Origin: Chloroflexota bacterium
Lineage (GTDB): Bacteria > Chloroflexota > UBA11872 > VXOZ01
DNA length: 64,000 nt
Direction of reading: 5' to 3'
Assembly (NCBI GenBank): GCA_965221905.1
Contig: OZ244922.1
Location: 1,184,001-1,248,000, forward strand
This document shows, one piece after another, positions 20,780-31,419 of this stretch (the first letter of the stretch is position 1; every line of letters begins with the position of its first letter). The notes under the pieces are model-generated. The model was not told the origin of the DNA, ran no database searches, and saw nothing but the letters and a program-made list of their open reading frames with translations. A program made the translations under genes and the position numbers.

Positions 20780-21984
20780 TGACACCCTGGCAGCGGCGTC
20801 TCCTTCCCGTACTTATCGCGGCATTCACTGCCCAACTCGGGGTGCCGGCATTTCTGCCGTTTATGCCGCTCTACATGGCAGAGCTGGGCATTGACGACAT
20901 CGGCTTGGCTGCGCGCTGGAGCGGCGTGTTGGTTGCGATAACCCCGCTTACTTCCACCGTGTCAGTACCGTACCTCGGCTTGATCGGCGACCGCATTGGG
21001 TTAAAACCCCTCGCCCTCATCGGCCTTGGGGCCGGAGGGTTTACCATAGTAGCTCTGGCGCTGGCTACGAACCCCTGGCAACTGCTCGTCGGTCGGTTGC
21101 TCTTTGGCATTTGCGGGGTGTATTGGACGTTTTTTGCGGCTGCCATTGCCGAACACGCGCCGCGCGAACACATGGTGCGCGCGTTTGGCTGGCTGCAGAT
21201 GGCGAACTTCGGCGCTCTGATTGTCGCACCGGCGGTAGGAGGGGCAATCGCCTCGGTGCTGGGATTGAAGGCGGTCTTTGTGCTTGCCGGGGTGATGTTT
21301 TGGATTGCCACCGCGATGGTTGCGTTTTGGTATCCGAGCACGAAGCAACTCAAGCCGCAACGCTCAGGGACACACAATGGCTCGCCTTGGAAAATGATCC
21401 TCGCGCAGCCGCAGATGGGGATGCTTTCAATTGTGCTGCTGGTCTCGTTCTACGCCGAAGGAAGCACGCTCCCAATCATTCCGCTTTACCTGCAGTTTCT
21501 TGGCGTCGCATCGAGCCAAGTAGCGGCCATGGTCGGACTGATTACCGCCCTGAGCGCGCTGACGTATATCGCGGCCAACGCGTTTGTCGGGCGCGTTGTG
21601 CCGACCCGCCTTGCCCATCTTGCCGTGCTGCCGGGTCTCATAGGCGCCGCCATTGTGTGCGTGCCCCTCTTCTTTGCCAACCAACTCTGGCATCTGCTCG
21701 TCTTTCGTCCCCTGCTTTCGCTCTTCACCGGCACTATTCCGGCGTTGGTATATTCGGCGGCAGAGCCGTTCGTGCCGCCGGAGCGTCGCGGCGCGGGATT
21801 CGGACTCTTGACGAGCGTGGGCCTGGGCGGTACCGCCGTTGGGCGCGTCGCTAGCGGCATGGTAGCCTCGCTTTCACTCTCAGGCGTCTTCATCGTTGAC
21901 GGCATACTGCTTTTGGGTGGGTTCGGTCTCTACTCCGCGTTGCGGCGTCGTTTCCCCTATCCAATCGTGGAGGAAAAGCAGTGA
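20767..21984 (+). CDS. MFS transporter
   Basis: About 12 hydrophobic segments; GLIGDRIGLK motif A. Confidence 0.88.
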   Translation: MPPLVTPWQRRLLPVLIAAFTAQLGVPAFLPFMPLYMAELGIDDIGLAARWSGVLVAITPLTSTVSVPYLGLIGDRIGLKPLALIGLGAGGFTIVALALATNPWQLLVGRLLFGICGVYWTFFAAAIAEHAPREHMVRAFGWLQMANFGALIVAPAVGGAIASVLGLKAVFVLAGVMFWIATAMVAFWYPSTKQLKPQRSGTHNGSPWKMILAQPQMGMLSIVLLVSFYAEGSTLPIIPLYLQFLGVASSQVAAMVGLITALSALTYIAANAFVGRVVPTRLAHLAVLPGLIGAAIVCVPLFFANQLWHLLVFRPLLSLFTGTIPALVYSAAEPFVPPERRGAGFGLLTSVGLGGTAVGRVASGMVASLSLSGVFIVDGILLLGGFGLYSALRRRFPYPIVEEKQ

Positions 21985-22061
21985 AGGACGAATTGCTGTT
22001 GGTTTGAACAGGGGGAGCAATTCACGCTAGCATTAAATCTAGAAGCCAGAGTACAAGCCAC

Positions 22062-22089
22062 CGTCGTTCCGGCGGAAGCCGGAATCCAG
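22062..22089 (+). repeat. CGTC-type palindromic repeat
   Basis: CGTCGTTCCGGCGGAAGCCGGAATCCAG. Confidence 0.75.
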
Positions 22090-22252
22090 GAAAGCTAAGT
22101 ACTGTGAACGCCTGAGAGCGCATGGGAGCGCATGGGAGCGCAACGCAACGGCCTCAGGTCGCGCTGACGGATAGCGCAGGGACTGAATCGAAGTAGATAA
22201 TTGGAACGTTGACTTCCAGTGAAACCAGTAGCTGTTACTGAAGGATGATTGA

Positions 22253-23353
22253 GTGAAAGTCTTTGTTACCGGAGGCGCGGGCTATATCGGCAGCGTTGTG
22301 TCCGAGGTGCTGCTGAATAGCGGTCATGAAGTGGTAGTATTCGATAGCTTTGAGACCGGTCACCGGGCGGCGGTTGATCCGCGCGCCGCGCTCATGGAAG
22401 GGGATACGGGTTATGCCGGGCCGGTGCGCGAGGCAATGCTGAGCGCCGCGCCCGACGTGGTTGTGCACATGGCGGCTTACATCCAAATGGGCGAATCGAT
22501 GCTCGACCCCGGCAAGTACTTCCGCAACAATACTGCAAATACACTGAATGTCCTCGATGCCATGCTCGCGGCGGGCGTGTCGCACATAGTATTCTCTTCC
22601 ACCGCCGGTGTTTACGGCACACCTGAGTCACTTCCCATCGAGGAAGACCATCCGATAGACCCGCTCAACCCCTATAGCGAAAGTAAGCGCCAGGTAGAGA
22701 GCATCATCCGGTGGTATGCACAGGCGCACGGCATTGCGGCGACGATCTTCCGCTTTTTCAACGCCGCGGGCGCCACGGTCAACTTTGGCGAAGACCACCG
22801 GCCGGAGAGTCACCTCATCCCCATCGTGCTGCAAGTGGCGCAGGGCAAGCGCGCGCACCTTGATCTCTACGGCACCGATTACGCCACCCGCGACGGCACA
22901 GCGAGCCGCGACTATATTCACGTGCGCGATCTTGCCCAAGCGCATCTGCTGGCGATACAGAAGATGGATTCCCGCCCCGTATCAGGTACGGGGCAGGCTT
23001 TTCGCGGGAATGACGAGGGAGATATCGAAAGTGAGGCGGGAACGGCCGGGAATGAGGGGAGGATAGCCGGGAATGACGGCGGTGGTAACGTTACCCTCTA
23101 CAACATCGGCAGCGAGCACGGCGCGACTAATCTGGAGGTCATCGAAATGGCGCGCCGTGTCACCGGCCGGCCGATACCCGTACGGGAATGTCCCCGCCGC
23201 CCCGGCGATGCGCCGGCGTCGCTCGCAAGCGCCGAGAAGATCCGCAGTGAGCTGGGTTGGGAGCCGGCAGCATCGGACCTGGAGACGATCATCGGCAGCG
23301 CGTGGGACTGGCTGCAGCGGCACCCGCATGGCTACGGACATTCGGCTGATTGA
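22253..23353 (+). CDS. galE: UDP-glucose 4-epimerase, with in-frame repeat insertion
   Basis: TGGAGYIGS, FSSTA, YSESK, RDYIHVRDLA and RRPGD motifs. Confidence 0.93.
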   Translation: MKVFVTGGAGYIGSVVSEVLLNSGHEVVVFDSFETGHRAAVDPRAALMEGDTGYAGPVREAMLSAAPDVVVHMAAYIQMGESMLDPGKYFRNNTANTLNVLDAMLAAGVSHIVFSSTAGVYGTPESLPIEEDHPIDPLNPYSESKRQVESIIRWYAQAHGIAATIFRFFNAAGATVNFGEDHRPESHLIPIVLQVAQGKRAHLDLYGTDYATRDGTASRDYIHVRDLAQAHLLAIQKMDSRPVSGTGQAFRGNDEGDIESEAGTAGNEGRIAGNDGGGNVTLYNIGSEHGATNLEVIEMARRVTGRPIPVRECPRRPGDAPASLASAEKIRSELGWEPAASDLETIIGSAWDWLQRHPHGYGHSAD

Positions 23354-23402
23354 GCGAGAAGCTATCGCACTATTCGAATCGGCGTGCCGACATGTGTTTC
23401 GA

Positions 23403-23481
23403 CCCTTCGTCACGCTCAGGACAGGCAAGCTCAGCACGAACGGGTGTCTCCTTTTCCGTTCGCCCTGAGCCTGTCTAAGGG
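23403..23481. repeat. Inverted pair of CTTCGACAGGCTCAG-family palindromic repeats
   Basis: GCTCAGCACGAACGG ... CCGTTCGCCCTGAGCCTGTCTAAGGG; family members also near 13621, 25921, 26183, 49025 and 49107. Confidence 0.7.
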
Positions 23482-23539
23482 CAGGTATATGGAGAGCAAT
23501 ACTTGACAAGCGTTTTGCTAGCTAGTGGGGAGCCACGCC

Positions 23540-24184
23540 GTGCGCATTGATCTACATACTCATACGGAATTCTCATCGGATTCCGAACTCCCGCTGGAAG
23601 ATGCCGTGCGCGGGTGGCAGCGCGCGGGCATTGATTGCGTGGCGGTTACGGATCACAACACTATCGCCGGGGGACTGGCCTTGCGAGAGTGGGCGCCGCT
23701 GCGCGTGATCGTGGCGAGCGAGGTCAGGACCTGTGAGGGCGAGATAATTGGCTTATTCCTTGAGGAAGAAATAGCGCGCGGCCAGACGCCGGAGGAGACA
23801 ATCCAACACATCCGCGCCCAGGGAGGCTTGGTGATGATCCCGCACCCGTTCGACCGCTTTCGCCGGTCGCGTCTCACGGAAGAAGCCCTCAAGCGCATAT
23901 TGCCGCAAGTGGACATTATGGAAGTCTTCAACGCGCGCACGGCTCTTGGATGGGACAATCGCCGCGCGGAAAAACTGGCGTCTGCGCACGGGCTGGCGGC
24001 AGCGGCGGGCAGCGATTCCCATACCACGCACGAGTTAGGCCGCGCCTACGTTGAAATGGCGGACTTCGATTCGCCGCAGACATTCCTCGACTCGCTGCGC
24101 GCAGGGCGTCTGGTCAAGAGGCAGAGTTCCTGGTTCGTGCACGCCTCCACCCGCTGGACAAAACTGCGCTCGAGGCTGCGTTAG
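23540..24184 (+). CDS. PHP domain phosphoesterase
   Basis: DLHTHT, TDHNT, PHPF and GSDSH motifs. Confidence 0.9.
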   Translation: MRIDLHTHTEFSSDSELPLEDAVRGWQRAGIDCVAVTDHNTIAGGLALREWAPLRVIVASEVRTCEGEIIGLFLEEEIARGQTPEETIQHIRAQGGLVMIPHPFDRFRRSRLTEEALKRILPQVDIMEVFNARTALGWDNRRAEKLASAHGLAAAAGSDSHTTHELGRAYVEMADFDSPQTFLDSLRAGRLVKRQSSWFVHASTRWTKLRSRLR

Positions 24185-24252
24185 GCACATATGTCGCCTC
24201 AGCGGGATTCGCTGCTCTCCTGGGGTTCCGAAACTTGCTGAACGGTGAGGAG

Positions 24253-24720
24253 CTACTCTGCAGGAGGATCTTGGTCAGGGATGACCTCGATCGCCAGGTG
24301 GCCTGCCTCGAGATCGACGATGTCGATTTCGTAGGTGAACCGGTCCGCCCCAAAGTTTAGTGTCTGACCGGTAACCCTGTGTCCGTCCGCCTTGAATTCT
24401 AATGCTGCGTATCTGAAACTCAGTCTGACTTTCTTGTAGGCGCTGGTCTCGCCGACGGCAATGTCGCCATAGTCCCGGCCGGCGATGCTAACGTCGGTGA
24501 AGTCGAGCGTTGAGGCGTTGTGAATGCGAATCTCAATCTCGACCTCTCCCTCAGTTTCGCAGGCGCTCAGTGCGATCAGGCACCAAACGACGCATACCGC
24601 CAAACAAGCGATCCGCAGCGCGTCTCGAAATATACTGCCGGTAGGTGTGCAAACCCATTGATCTTGGCTCAACAAGGAACGCAAGCGCAGTAGGATCACG
24701 AGCCTACTGGTCCACGACAC
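24253..24720 (-). CDS. Small hypothetical lipoprotein (start uncertain, probably shorter)
   Basis: Hydrophobic stretch plus LSAC lipobox, then a beta-rich domain. Confidence 0.55.
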   Translation of the reverse strand: MSWTSRLVILLRLRSLLSQDQWVCTPTGSIFRDALRIACLAVCVVWCLIALSACETEGEVEIEIRIHNASTLDFTDVSIAGRDYGDIAVGETSAYKKVRLSFRYAALEFKADGHRVTGQTLNFGADRFTYEIDIVDLEAGHLAIEVIPDQDPPAE

Positions 24721-25843
24721 TGCCGTCGACGTGCAGGCGGGCGCCGGTGGGACGCGGCACGGGCGGATGCTTTGCCACAGCGTCGGGCATCAGCTCAATT
24801 CCAATTCCCGGCGCGTCCGGGATGATGAGGAAGCCCTGTTCGCACTGCACGGGCGTCTGCACGATTTCGCTCTTTGGCGGCCGATCTTCGCCGATGGGGT
24901 ACTCCTGGATGGCAAAGTTGGGAATGCAAGCGGCAACCTGCAGGCAGGCGGCGGTGCTAACCGGCGATAGCGGATTGTGCGGCACCACGCCCACGTAGTG
25001 CGCCTCGGCCAACGCCGCAATCTTCTTGGTGCCTGAGATGCCACCAACCAGGCAGACGTCGGGGCGCACATACTGCACGGCGCCGCGCGTGAGGAGCATC
25101 TGGAACTCTTGCAATGTGTGCAGCCGCTCGCCGGTGGCGATAGGAATGCCGATCTTATCCGCGATCTGCGCCATGGCGTCGAAGCTGTCAGGAAGTGTAG
25201 GATCTTCGTAGAAATAGGGATGGTACGGTTCAATGCTGCGCGCCAGGACGACCGCTTCGGCGGGCGTCAACTGGCGGTGGATCTCAATACAGAGATCAAC
25301 GTCAGTGCCAACGGCTTCGCGATACTGCCGCACGTGGTCGGTAGCCTCGCCAATCCTGGCGGCGTGGGTCTTGAAGAAGGGCTCGTCGCGCCCTTCGTCG
25401 AGTAACGGGTTGAGGTGCCCTACGGCGGTAAAGCCTTTTTCGCGTGCTTCCGCGCAGCCGCGCACTTGCTCCGCAATGGTGCGACCGTAGACGTGGTAGT
25501 AGACCCGCGCTTTGTCACGGCATTTGCCACCCAGCAGATCGTAGACCGGTACGCCGTGCTCCTTGCCTTTGATGTCCCACAGCGCGATGTCTATGGCTGA
25601 GAGCGCGCCCATGATGGCAGACCCGCGAAAGTGGGCAGTGCGGTACATGACGTTCCAGTGATGCTCGATCCGGCTGGGGTCTTCGCCCACGAGATAGGCG
25701 GCGAATTTCTCCAGCGCCGCTTGCGAGGCTTCCAGGTGACCCCACGTCCCGGACTCTCCCAGACCGGTGATGCCGGCGTCGGTCTCGATCTGCACGAAGA
25801 GATAGCGGTCGATCGGTAACGCGTTTACGGCAGTAATCTTCAT
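24704..25843 (-). CDS. Mandelate racemase/enolase superfamily, galactonate dehydratase-like
   Basis: SAIDIALWDIKGK, YEDP, IATGERL, PHNPLSPV and IPNFAIQEY motifs. Confidence 0.88.
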   Translation of the reverse strand: MKITAVNALPIDRYLFVQIETDAGITGLGESGTWGHLEASQAALEKFAAYLVGEDPSRIEHHWNVMYRTAHFRGSAIMGALSAIDIALWDIKGKEHGVPVYDLLGGKCRDKARVYYHVYGRTIAEQVRGCAEAREKGFTAVGHLNPLLDEGRDEPFFKTHAARIGEATDHVRQYREAVGTDVDLCIEIHRQLTPAEAVVLARSIEPYHPYFYEDPTLPDSFDAMAQIADKIGIPIATGERLHTLQEFQMLLTRGAVQYVRPDVCLVGGISGTKKIAALAEAHYVGVVPHNPLSPVSTAACLQVAACIPNFAIQEYPIGEDRPPKSEIVQTPVQCEQGFLIIPDAPGIGIELMPDAVAKHPPVPRPTGARLHVDGSVVDQ

Positions 25844-26283
25844 GGCGGCGGTGCTCCTCTTCTTGTAGTGGGTTTGAGGAAGAATCACAGTAGGTGTCCA
25901 AGAACGTGGCGCGCGCAGCATCCATTCACACTGAGCCTGTCGAAGTGCGAGCGGATGCGCCGTCCGTCAACTGTATGGTATCGCCTTTGCGCCGGTGTAA
26001 CCAGGGGAACGCTTATAAAGGCCGGACAAAGCGTGTCACGCGATAGGATTGCCCCTAGATCCGTAGTTCGCGTGTGGTCGGCCAAATGCGGTAATCTTGC
26101 CAGTGGGTTTGTTGGGCACGAGCCAGTAGAATTCAGTTCGCCCCATATGAGCTCGGTTCACTTTTATTTGAATTCGTCCGTATCCGTTCACACTTCGACA
26201 GGCTCAGTGCGAACGGATACGGACATGCGAACAGGTACGCATGGGAGAGCAATGCCTCACCGCGTTGGAGAAGGGAGAATAGT

Positions 26284-27984
26284 ATGAACTCCGGAGACTT
26301 ACTCGCAGAACTGCTCATTGCCCACGGCGTAGAGTACGTCTTCGGGGCAATCGGCGGTCAGGGCTATCCGCTCAACGACGCGCTGCACCGCCGCCGGAGC
26401 AAGGCCCGCCATATCGCCGTGCGCGACGAGCGTTCCAGTGCCTACGCCGCGGACGGCTATGCGCGGGTGAGCGGCAAGGTGGGCGTCTGCGACGCCGCGT
26501 TTGGCGTGGGCGTGCTCAAGCTGCCCTCCGGCTTGGCTGAGGCCTATAATTCTTCCATCCCTGTGCTGGGCATTCTGAGTAATGCTCCGCGCGATTGGAT
26601 GGTGTGGAACGAGCGCGGCTGCACCGCGCAGGGCGTGGAGCAGGTCTCTCCGTTTACGCCCATCACGAAAGGGACGTTTCGCGTCACCACCCAGAGCACG
26701 TTGGCGGATACAATCCGCTACAGCTTCAATCTAGCTTCAGCGGGCCGCCCGGGACCGGTGGTATGCGATATACCCGCGGACGTGTTCAAAGCGGATTGGG
26801 ACGAAAGCGCGTCGGACGTGGTTAGCAGTCCGCGTGCCGGCCGCTTTCCCGCATGGCGCGCCCACCCGGACCCGGCAGATGTAAAAGCCGTAGTGACTGT
26901 GCTTGAAAACGCTGAACGCCCCGTCCTCGTGGCAGGCGGCGGCGTGGCGATTTCCCAAGCATGGGACGCCCTCCGCGTTTTCGCCGAGAGGATGCAGATG
27001 CCGGTTGCTACCACGATTTCAGGTAAAGGCGTTTTTCCAGACGACCATCCCCTCGCCATCGGCGTCATGGGCGGGCAGTACGGCTCGGAGGCCGCGAACC
27101 ACGTGGTCGCGGCAGCCGACGTGGTCTTCCTGGTGGGTATGAAATCATTCCAGCAGGTAACTTCCGCTTGGACCCAACCTTCACGGTCGCAGCGCGTGGT
27201 GCACTTGGATGTTGATCCGGCTGAGATCGGCAAGATATTTCCGGTCGAGGCGGGAATGGTAGCCGATGCGCAGGCCGGATTGGAAGCCTTACAGGCGGCG
27301 TGCGCAGACGTGCGGACGGAGCGGAGTGCCTGGCTCGGTCAGGTGGCGGAGTTCAAGGCGCAGTGGCAGGACGTGATTGGAGCGGAGATGAACGATACGG
27401 CCGCGCCGATTCGCCCGCAGCATCTCATGGCGCAGATTCAGGCGCGGCTCAATCCCGAAGACATCGTAGTTTCCGACGCAAGTTTCTCTGTCGGTTGGGT
27501 TGGCACGTATCTGCGCGCCCTGCGCGGCGGCCAGCGCTTTCTGTTTCCCCGCGGTCAGGCGACCATGGGTTTTGGCGTACCGGCGGCGATTGGCGCACGT
27601 TTCGCCCAGCCGGAAGGCAAAATTGTGGTCGTGGTCGGCGACGGCAGTGTCACCTACGCTATCGGCGAGTTGGCCGCGCTCGCTAAGTATGGCTTGGAAA
27701 TAGTCGTGGTGGTCTTGAACAATAGTTGCCTCGGTTACAGCAAGATTTCGGAGATGTTGAATTACAGCGGCGACTATGAGGAAGTTGACTTCCCCGATAC
27801 CGACTTTGCCCTTATTGCCCAGGGCTTTGGCTGCGAGGGACTAGCGGTGAAAGAGCCCAATGAGCTTGCCCCCGCGCTGGAAGCGGCGTTTGCCGCCCAG
27901 GGCCCGGTGCTGCTCGACGTGCGCGTCGACCCCTGGCAGACGCCGGAACTCGACCTGCGCAAGCGCTTGGCAGCACTGCAATAG
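26284..27984 (+). CDS. Thiamine pyrophosphate-dependent enzyme (acetolactate synthase-like)
   Basis: RDERSSAYAADGYAR, GRPGPV and GDG...LNN TPP motifs. Confidence 0.9.
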   Translation: MNSGDLLAELLIAHGVEYVFGAIGGQGYPLNDALHRRRSKARHIAVRDERSSAYAADGYARVSGKVGVCDAAFGVGVLKLPSGLAEAYNSSIPVLGILSNAPRDWMVWNERGCTAQGVEQVSPFTPITKGTFRVTTQSTLADTIRYSFNLASAGRPGPVVCDIPADVFKADWDESASDVVSSPRAGRFPAWRAHPDPADVKAVVTVLENAERPVLVAGGGVAISQAWDALRVFAERMQMPVATTISGKGVFPDDHPLAIGVMGGQYGSEAANHVVAAADVVFLVGMKSFQQVTSAWTQPSRSQRVVHLDVDPAEIGKIFPVEAGMVADAQAGLEALQAACADVRTERSAWLGQVAEFKAQWQDVIGAEMNDTAAPIRPQHLMAQIQARLNPEDIVVSDASFSVGWVGTYLRALRGGQRFLFPRGQATMGFGVPAAIGARFAQPEGKIVVVVGDGSVTYAIGELAALAKYGLEIVVVVLNNSCLGYSKISEMLNYSGDYEEVDFPDTDFALIAQGFGCEGLAVKEPNELAPALEAAFAAQGPVLLDVRVDPWQTPELDLRKRLAALQ

Positions 27985-28016
27985 GGGCAGGCAGGCAGCT
28001 TCTACGCATGGGGGGC

Positions 28017-28451
28017 ATGATGGCGAATACTGTCAAGAAAGTAGCTGCCTACATCACCCGGGGAGACGAACTCTTGGTCTTCACGCACCGTGACTTTCCT
28101 GAGGCCGGTGTGCAAGTTCCTGCCGGAACCGTGGAAATGGATGAGACGCCTGGCGCGGCAGTGCTGCGAGAAGTGCATGAGGAAACCGGCCTGACGCCTA
28201 CGGCGGGGCGCAATACGGCATTCTTGGGGCGCCGTCTTTGGAAAGCGGGACCCTACTGCCATGAACGTTATTTCTATCATCTCTTGCTCACCGCCGCTGT
28301 GCCGGACACGTGGCTCCACTACGAGACGAGCGGCGGGAAGAGTGAACCCATCGCGTTCTCTTTCTATTGGGTAGAGCGCAACGACCCGTGTTTGTGTCTT
28401 GCCGGCGAACAGGGCGCATTGATCTGGAAGCTCTCACGGCCTGCACAGTAG
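28017..28451 (+). CDS. NUDIX hydrolase
   Basis: Nudix box GTVEMDETPGAAVLREVHEETG. Confidence 0.9.
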   Translation: MMANTVKKVAAYITRGDELLVFTHRDFPEAGVQVPAGTVEMDETPGAAVLREVHEETGLTPTAGRNTAFLGRRLWKAGPYCHERYFYHLLLTAAVPDTWLHYETSGGKSEPIAFSFYWVERNDPCLCLAGEQGALIWKLSRPAQ

Positions 28452-28526
28452 GGATGATTGCCTGGTCGGGACGGACTTACACATCGGTATGAGAGTGATA
28501 CGTGCCTAACGGAAGAGAGATCACGT

Positions 28527-29300
28527 ATGCGATTAGAGAACAAAGTTGCCATTGTCACCGGCGCGGCGGGTGGGCTGGGAGCGACGTATGCCCAAGCCAT
28601 TGCGCGTGAAGGGGGTCAGGTGGTTGTCGTAGACATGCTGGATGGTGAGGGCACGGCGCAGGAAATTAGCGCTCTCGGCAAGCCGGCCCTCGCGCTGCAG
28701 GCAGACCTGACAGATGAGGACGACGTGCGGCGAATGGTGGCGCGGGTGGTGGCGGAGTACGGCAATGTGGACATCCTCGTCAACAACGCGGGCGGCGCGG
28801 GGCAGCAAGCTGCCGAATCGGAGATAGAGAAGATCGACCGGGCGCACTGGGACGAGATAATTGCGATTAACCTCACCACAACTATGCTCTGCATCAAGCA
28901 CGCCGCCCCGCACATGAAGCGGCAGCAGAGCGGCAAGATCGTAAACGTCTCCTCTCGCGCCGCGCGCGGCACGTCGTGGTTCGGTCAGGTGACGCCGGAG
29001 TATATCTGCGCCAAGATCGGCGTTATCGGACTGACCCGGCAGCTTGCCAAAGAGCTGGGGCCGCATGGCATTAACGTCAACTGCCTCGTGCCGAGCTTTA
29101 CGGTCAGCGGCCCGGCGCTCCAGGCCGCCTGGGACCACATGACGGACGAGGAGCGCAGCCATATGATCGAGGCTACGCCGCTGCGCCGCCTGCCCGATCC
29201 GGAAGAATTGGCGAGCGTGGTAGTGTTTCTCGTAAGCGGCGATTCTAGCTACGTCACCGGTGCCTGCCTGGACGTCAACGGCGGATCGCTCATGGCGTGA
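28527..29300 (+). CDS. SDR family oxidoreductase
   Basis: TGAAGGLG, NNAG and YICAK motifs. Confidence 0.9.
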   Translation: MRLENKVAIVTGAAGGLGATYAQAIAREGGQVVVVDMLDGEGTAQEISALGKPALALQADLTDEDDVRRMVARVVAEYGNVDILVNNAGGAGQQAAESEIEKIDRAHWDEIIAINLTTTMLCIKHAAPHMKRQQSGKIVNVSSRAARGTSWFGQVTPEYICAKIGVIGLTRQLAKELGPHGINVNCLVPSFTVSGPALQAAWDHMTDEERSHMIEATPLRRLPDPEELASVVVFLVSGDSSYVTGACLDVNGGSLMA

Positions 29301-29882
29301 AGGACGCGGAGATGAGGATTAGCAATAGGTCACACGTGTTACGGCGATTTGAGAATTCCCCGCTGCTGTTCCCAAACCTGTGAAGAAGGGATTGCCCACA
29401 GGTCACTCGCCTACCGTCCGTGCGAGTGTGTAAATCCTTGGTGAAACGACAAATAAGCACTTGGACTCGGATAGTATCTTTTTGTCAATGTGCGCTTGCC
29501 TTCTGCATACCGTAGCGTGGGGGCTTGTCCCCCGCTCGTCGTCGGACTCCCGTCACGTAAGCGACACGGTTCAGACTTTGCGTTGGGCCCACCGCAGCGG
29601 ACGCAGGTTGCAAATCTGCGCTACCGGGCATGCAGACTCTGACTACTGCCCGAGCTCCTCAAGTAATCAGTAAATGCGACAGAATTAGGTTCTTTCCTCA
29701 ATTCCTGGCGTCAGCAGTGAACACCTTATCGGGCAAGGCGCTCCATAATCCGTTGGCGTTCTGCTGGAACCCATCGCGGCAGAGCGGTGTAGTATAAGTA
29801 GTAGGAACAGCGAATAGCGTGTCGTCTTTGAATTCTGCCTAGCGCCTTGGTGGCGTATCAGCACTTTGCACAGGCCGTAGCA

Positions 29883-31259
29883 ATGTCAGTCACTCTCGTA
29901 GAACATGAGCCAAAAGAAGCCACAAAAGGCGTGACGAGCGCTCCCCGCTGTGCGGTGCTTACGCTTGGGTGCAAGGTAAACCAAGCGGAATCGGAAGAGT
30001 TGCGCGAGCGTTTTACGCAGGCGGGATACAAGTCGGTGGCTTTCGGCGAACCGGCGGAAGTCAGCATAATAAACACGTGCACGGTGACTCACGTAGCCGA
30101 CCGCAAGTCGCGCCAGATGATCCGCCGCGCCCATGCCGCCACTGCCAACGGCATTGTGGCAGTTACCGGGTGCTACGCTGCCGTGTCGCCGCAAGAAGCG
30201 GAGGCAGTGGTTCCCGGCGCGCTGGTAGTCCAGCGAGACGAGCACAACGACCTAGTAGACATCGTCTCGGAGGCGCTTCGCGAGCGCGGCGTGGACATCC
30301 CGGAGTTGGTCTCTCCCGAGGAATTAGCGTATGCGGCAGTGTTCCAGCCTACGAAGGGACGTACACGCAGCCGGGTGTTCGTAAAAGTGCAGGACGGCTG
30401 CTGGCACGCCTGCGCGTATTGCATTGTACCGCGCGCCCGTGGCCGCTCAGTATCGCGGCCCGCATCTGAAATTGTCCGGCGTGTGCAGGCGCTCCATGCG
30501 GAGGGTGTTGCGGAGGTAGTGCTTACGGGCGTTTGCATCGGCGACTATGAGGACCCCGATTCCGGCAGCTCCCTGACGGCGCTCATCCATCGCCTGCTCA
30601 ATGAAACCGCTATCCCCCGCATCCGCATTAGCTCCATCAACCCGATGCACTTCGACTACGCTTTTCTGGAGCTATTCGCGCACCCACGCATCTGCCGACA
30701 CCTGCACTTGCCGTTGCAGAGCGGCAGCCCGTACATACTGCATCGCATGAATCGGCGCCATACTCTAGACGAATACCGTGCAATCGTACGGCGCGCGCGG
30801 CAGATTTGTCCCGACATTGCGCTAACGACCGACGTGCTCGTCGGCTTTCCCGGCGAAACGGAAGAGCACTTTGCTGAGACGGCTGCATTTATCGAAGAGA
30901 TGGAGTTTGCCGATCTCCATGTCTTTCCGTATTCCGTCCGTCCCCGTACGAGTGCCGCGCACTTTGACGCACAGGTGCCCTTTGGTGCACGCAAACAACG
31001 GGTGCAGCAACTTATCGCCCAAGTGCCCGCACTGCGTCAGGCATTTACCGAGCGGTTTCTTGGTAGGTCGCTGGACGTGGTTTGGGAGGAGGAAGTAGCG
31101 GGGTACTGGCGCGGGTGTTCCGATAACTACCTGCGCGTTTACGTCAAGAGTGATACGATTATGGCGGGCATGCTGCGTGCAGTGCGGCTTGTAGAGCCGT
31201 ACAAGGACGGTGTTTTGGCCATGATGGCGGAGGATGCGCCGCGAGGCCCAATCGTTTGA
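29883..31259 (+). CDS. mtaB: tRNA t6A37 methylthiotransferase (radical SAM)
   Basis: TLGCKVNQAES, NTCTVT, KVQDGCWHACAYC and HVFPYSVRP motifs. Confidence 0.9.
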   Translation: MSVTLVEHEPKEATKGVTSAPRCAVLTLGCKVNQAESEELRERFTQAGYKSVAFGEPAEVSIINTCTVTHVADRKSRQMIRRAHAATANGIVAVTGCYAAVSPQEAEAVVPGALVVQRDEHNDLVDIVSEALRERGVDIPELVSPEELAYAAVFQPTKGRTRSRVFVKVQDGCWHACAYCIVPRARGRSVSRPASEIVRRVQALHAEGVAEVVLTGVCIGDYEDPDSGSSLTALIHRLLNETAIPRIRISSINPMHFDYAFLELFAHPRICRHLHLPLQSGSPYILHRMNRRHTLDEYRAIVRRARQICPDIALTTDVLVGFPGETEEHFAETAAFIEEMEFADLHVFPYSVRPRTSAAHFDAQVPFGARKQRVQQLIAQVPALRQAFTERFLGRSLDVVWEEEVAGYWRGCSDNYLRVYVKSDTIMAGMLRAVRLVEPYKDGVLAMMAEDAPRGPIV

Positions 31260-31419
31260 CGCACCGCTTTCGAACTGGCTTTTTGGCGGAAGATGCACGT
31301 GGGAAGCAAGACAATACGGGCTATGCGCTTGCAAATCTTGTTTGGCATGCATTTGCCAGCCGAAGGGGGAGCAATGGCGGGCTGGCATGAATGACCGTCA
31401 CAAAGGAGTGAGGTAACAG

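Noticed and set aside
22116-22145. GAGCGCATGG short tandem repeat
   Set aside because: Only about 2.5 copies; no evidence of function.
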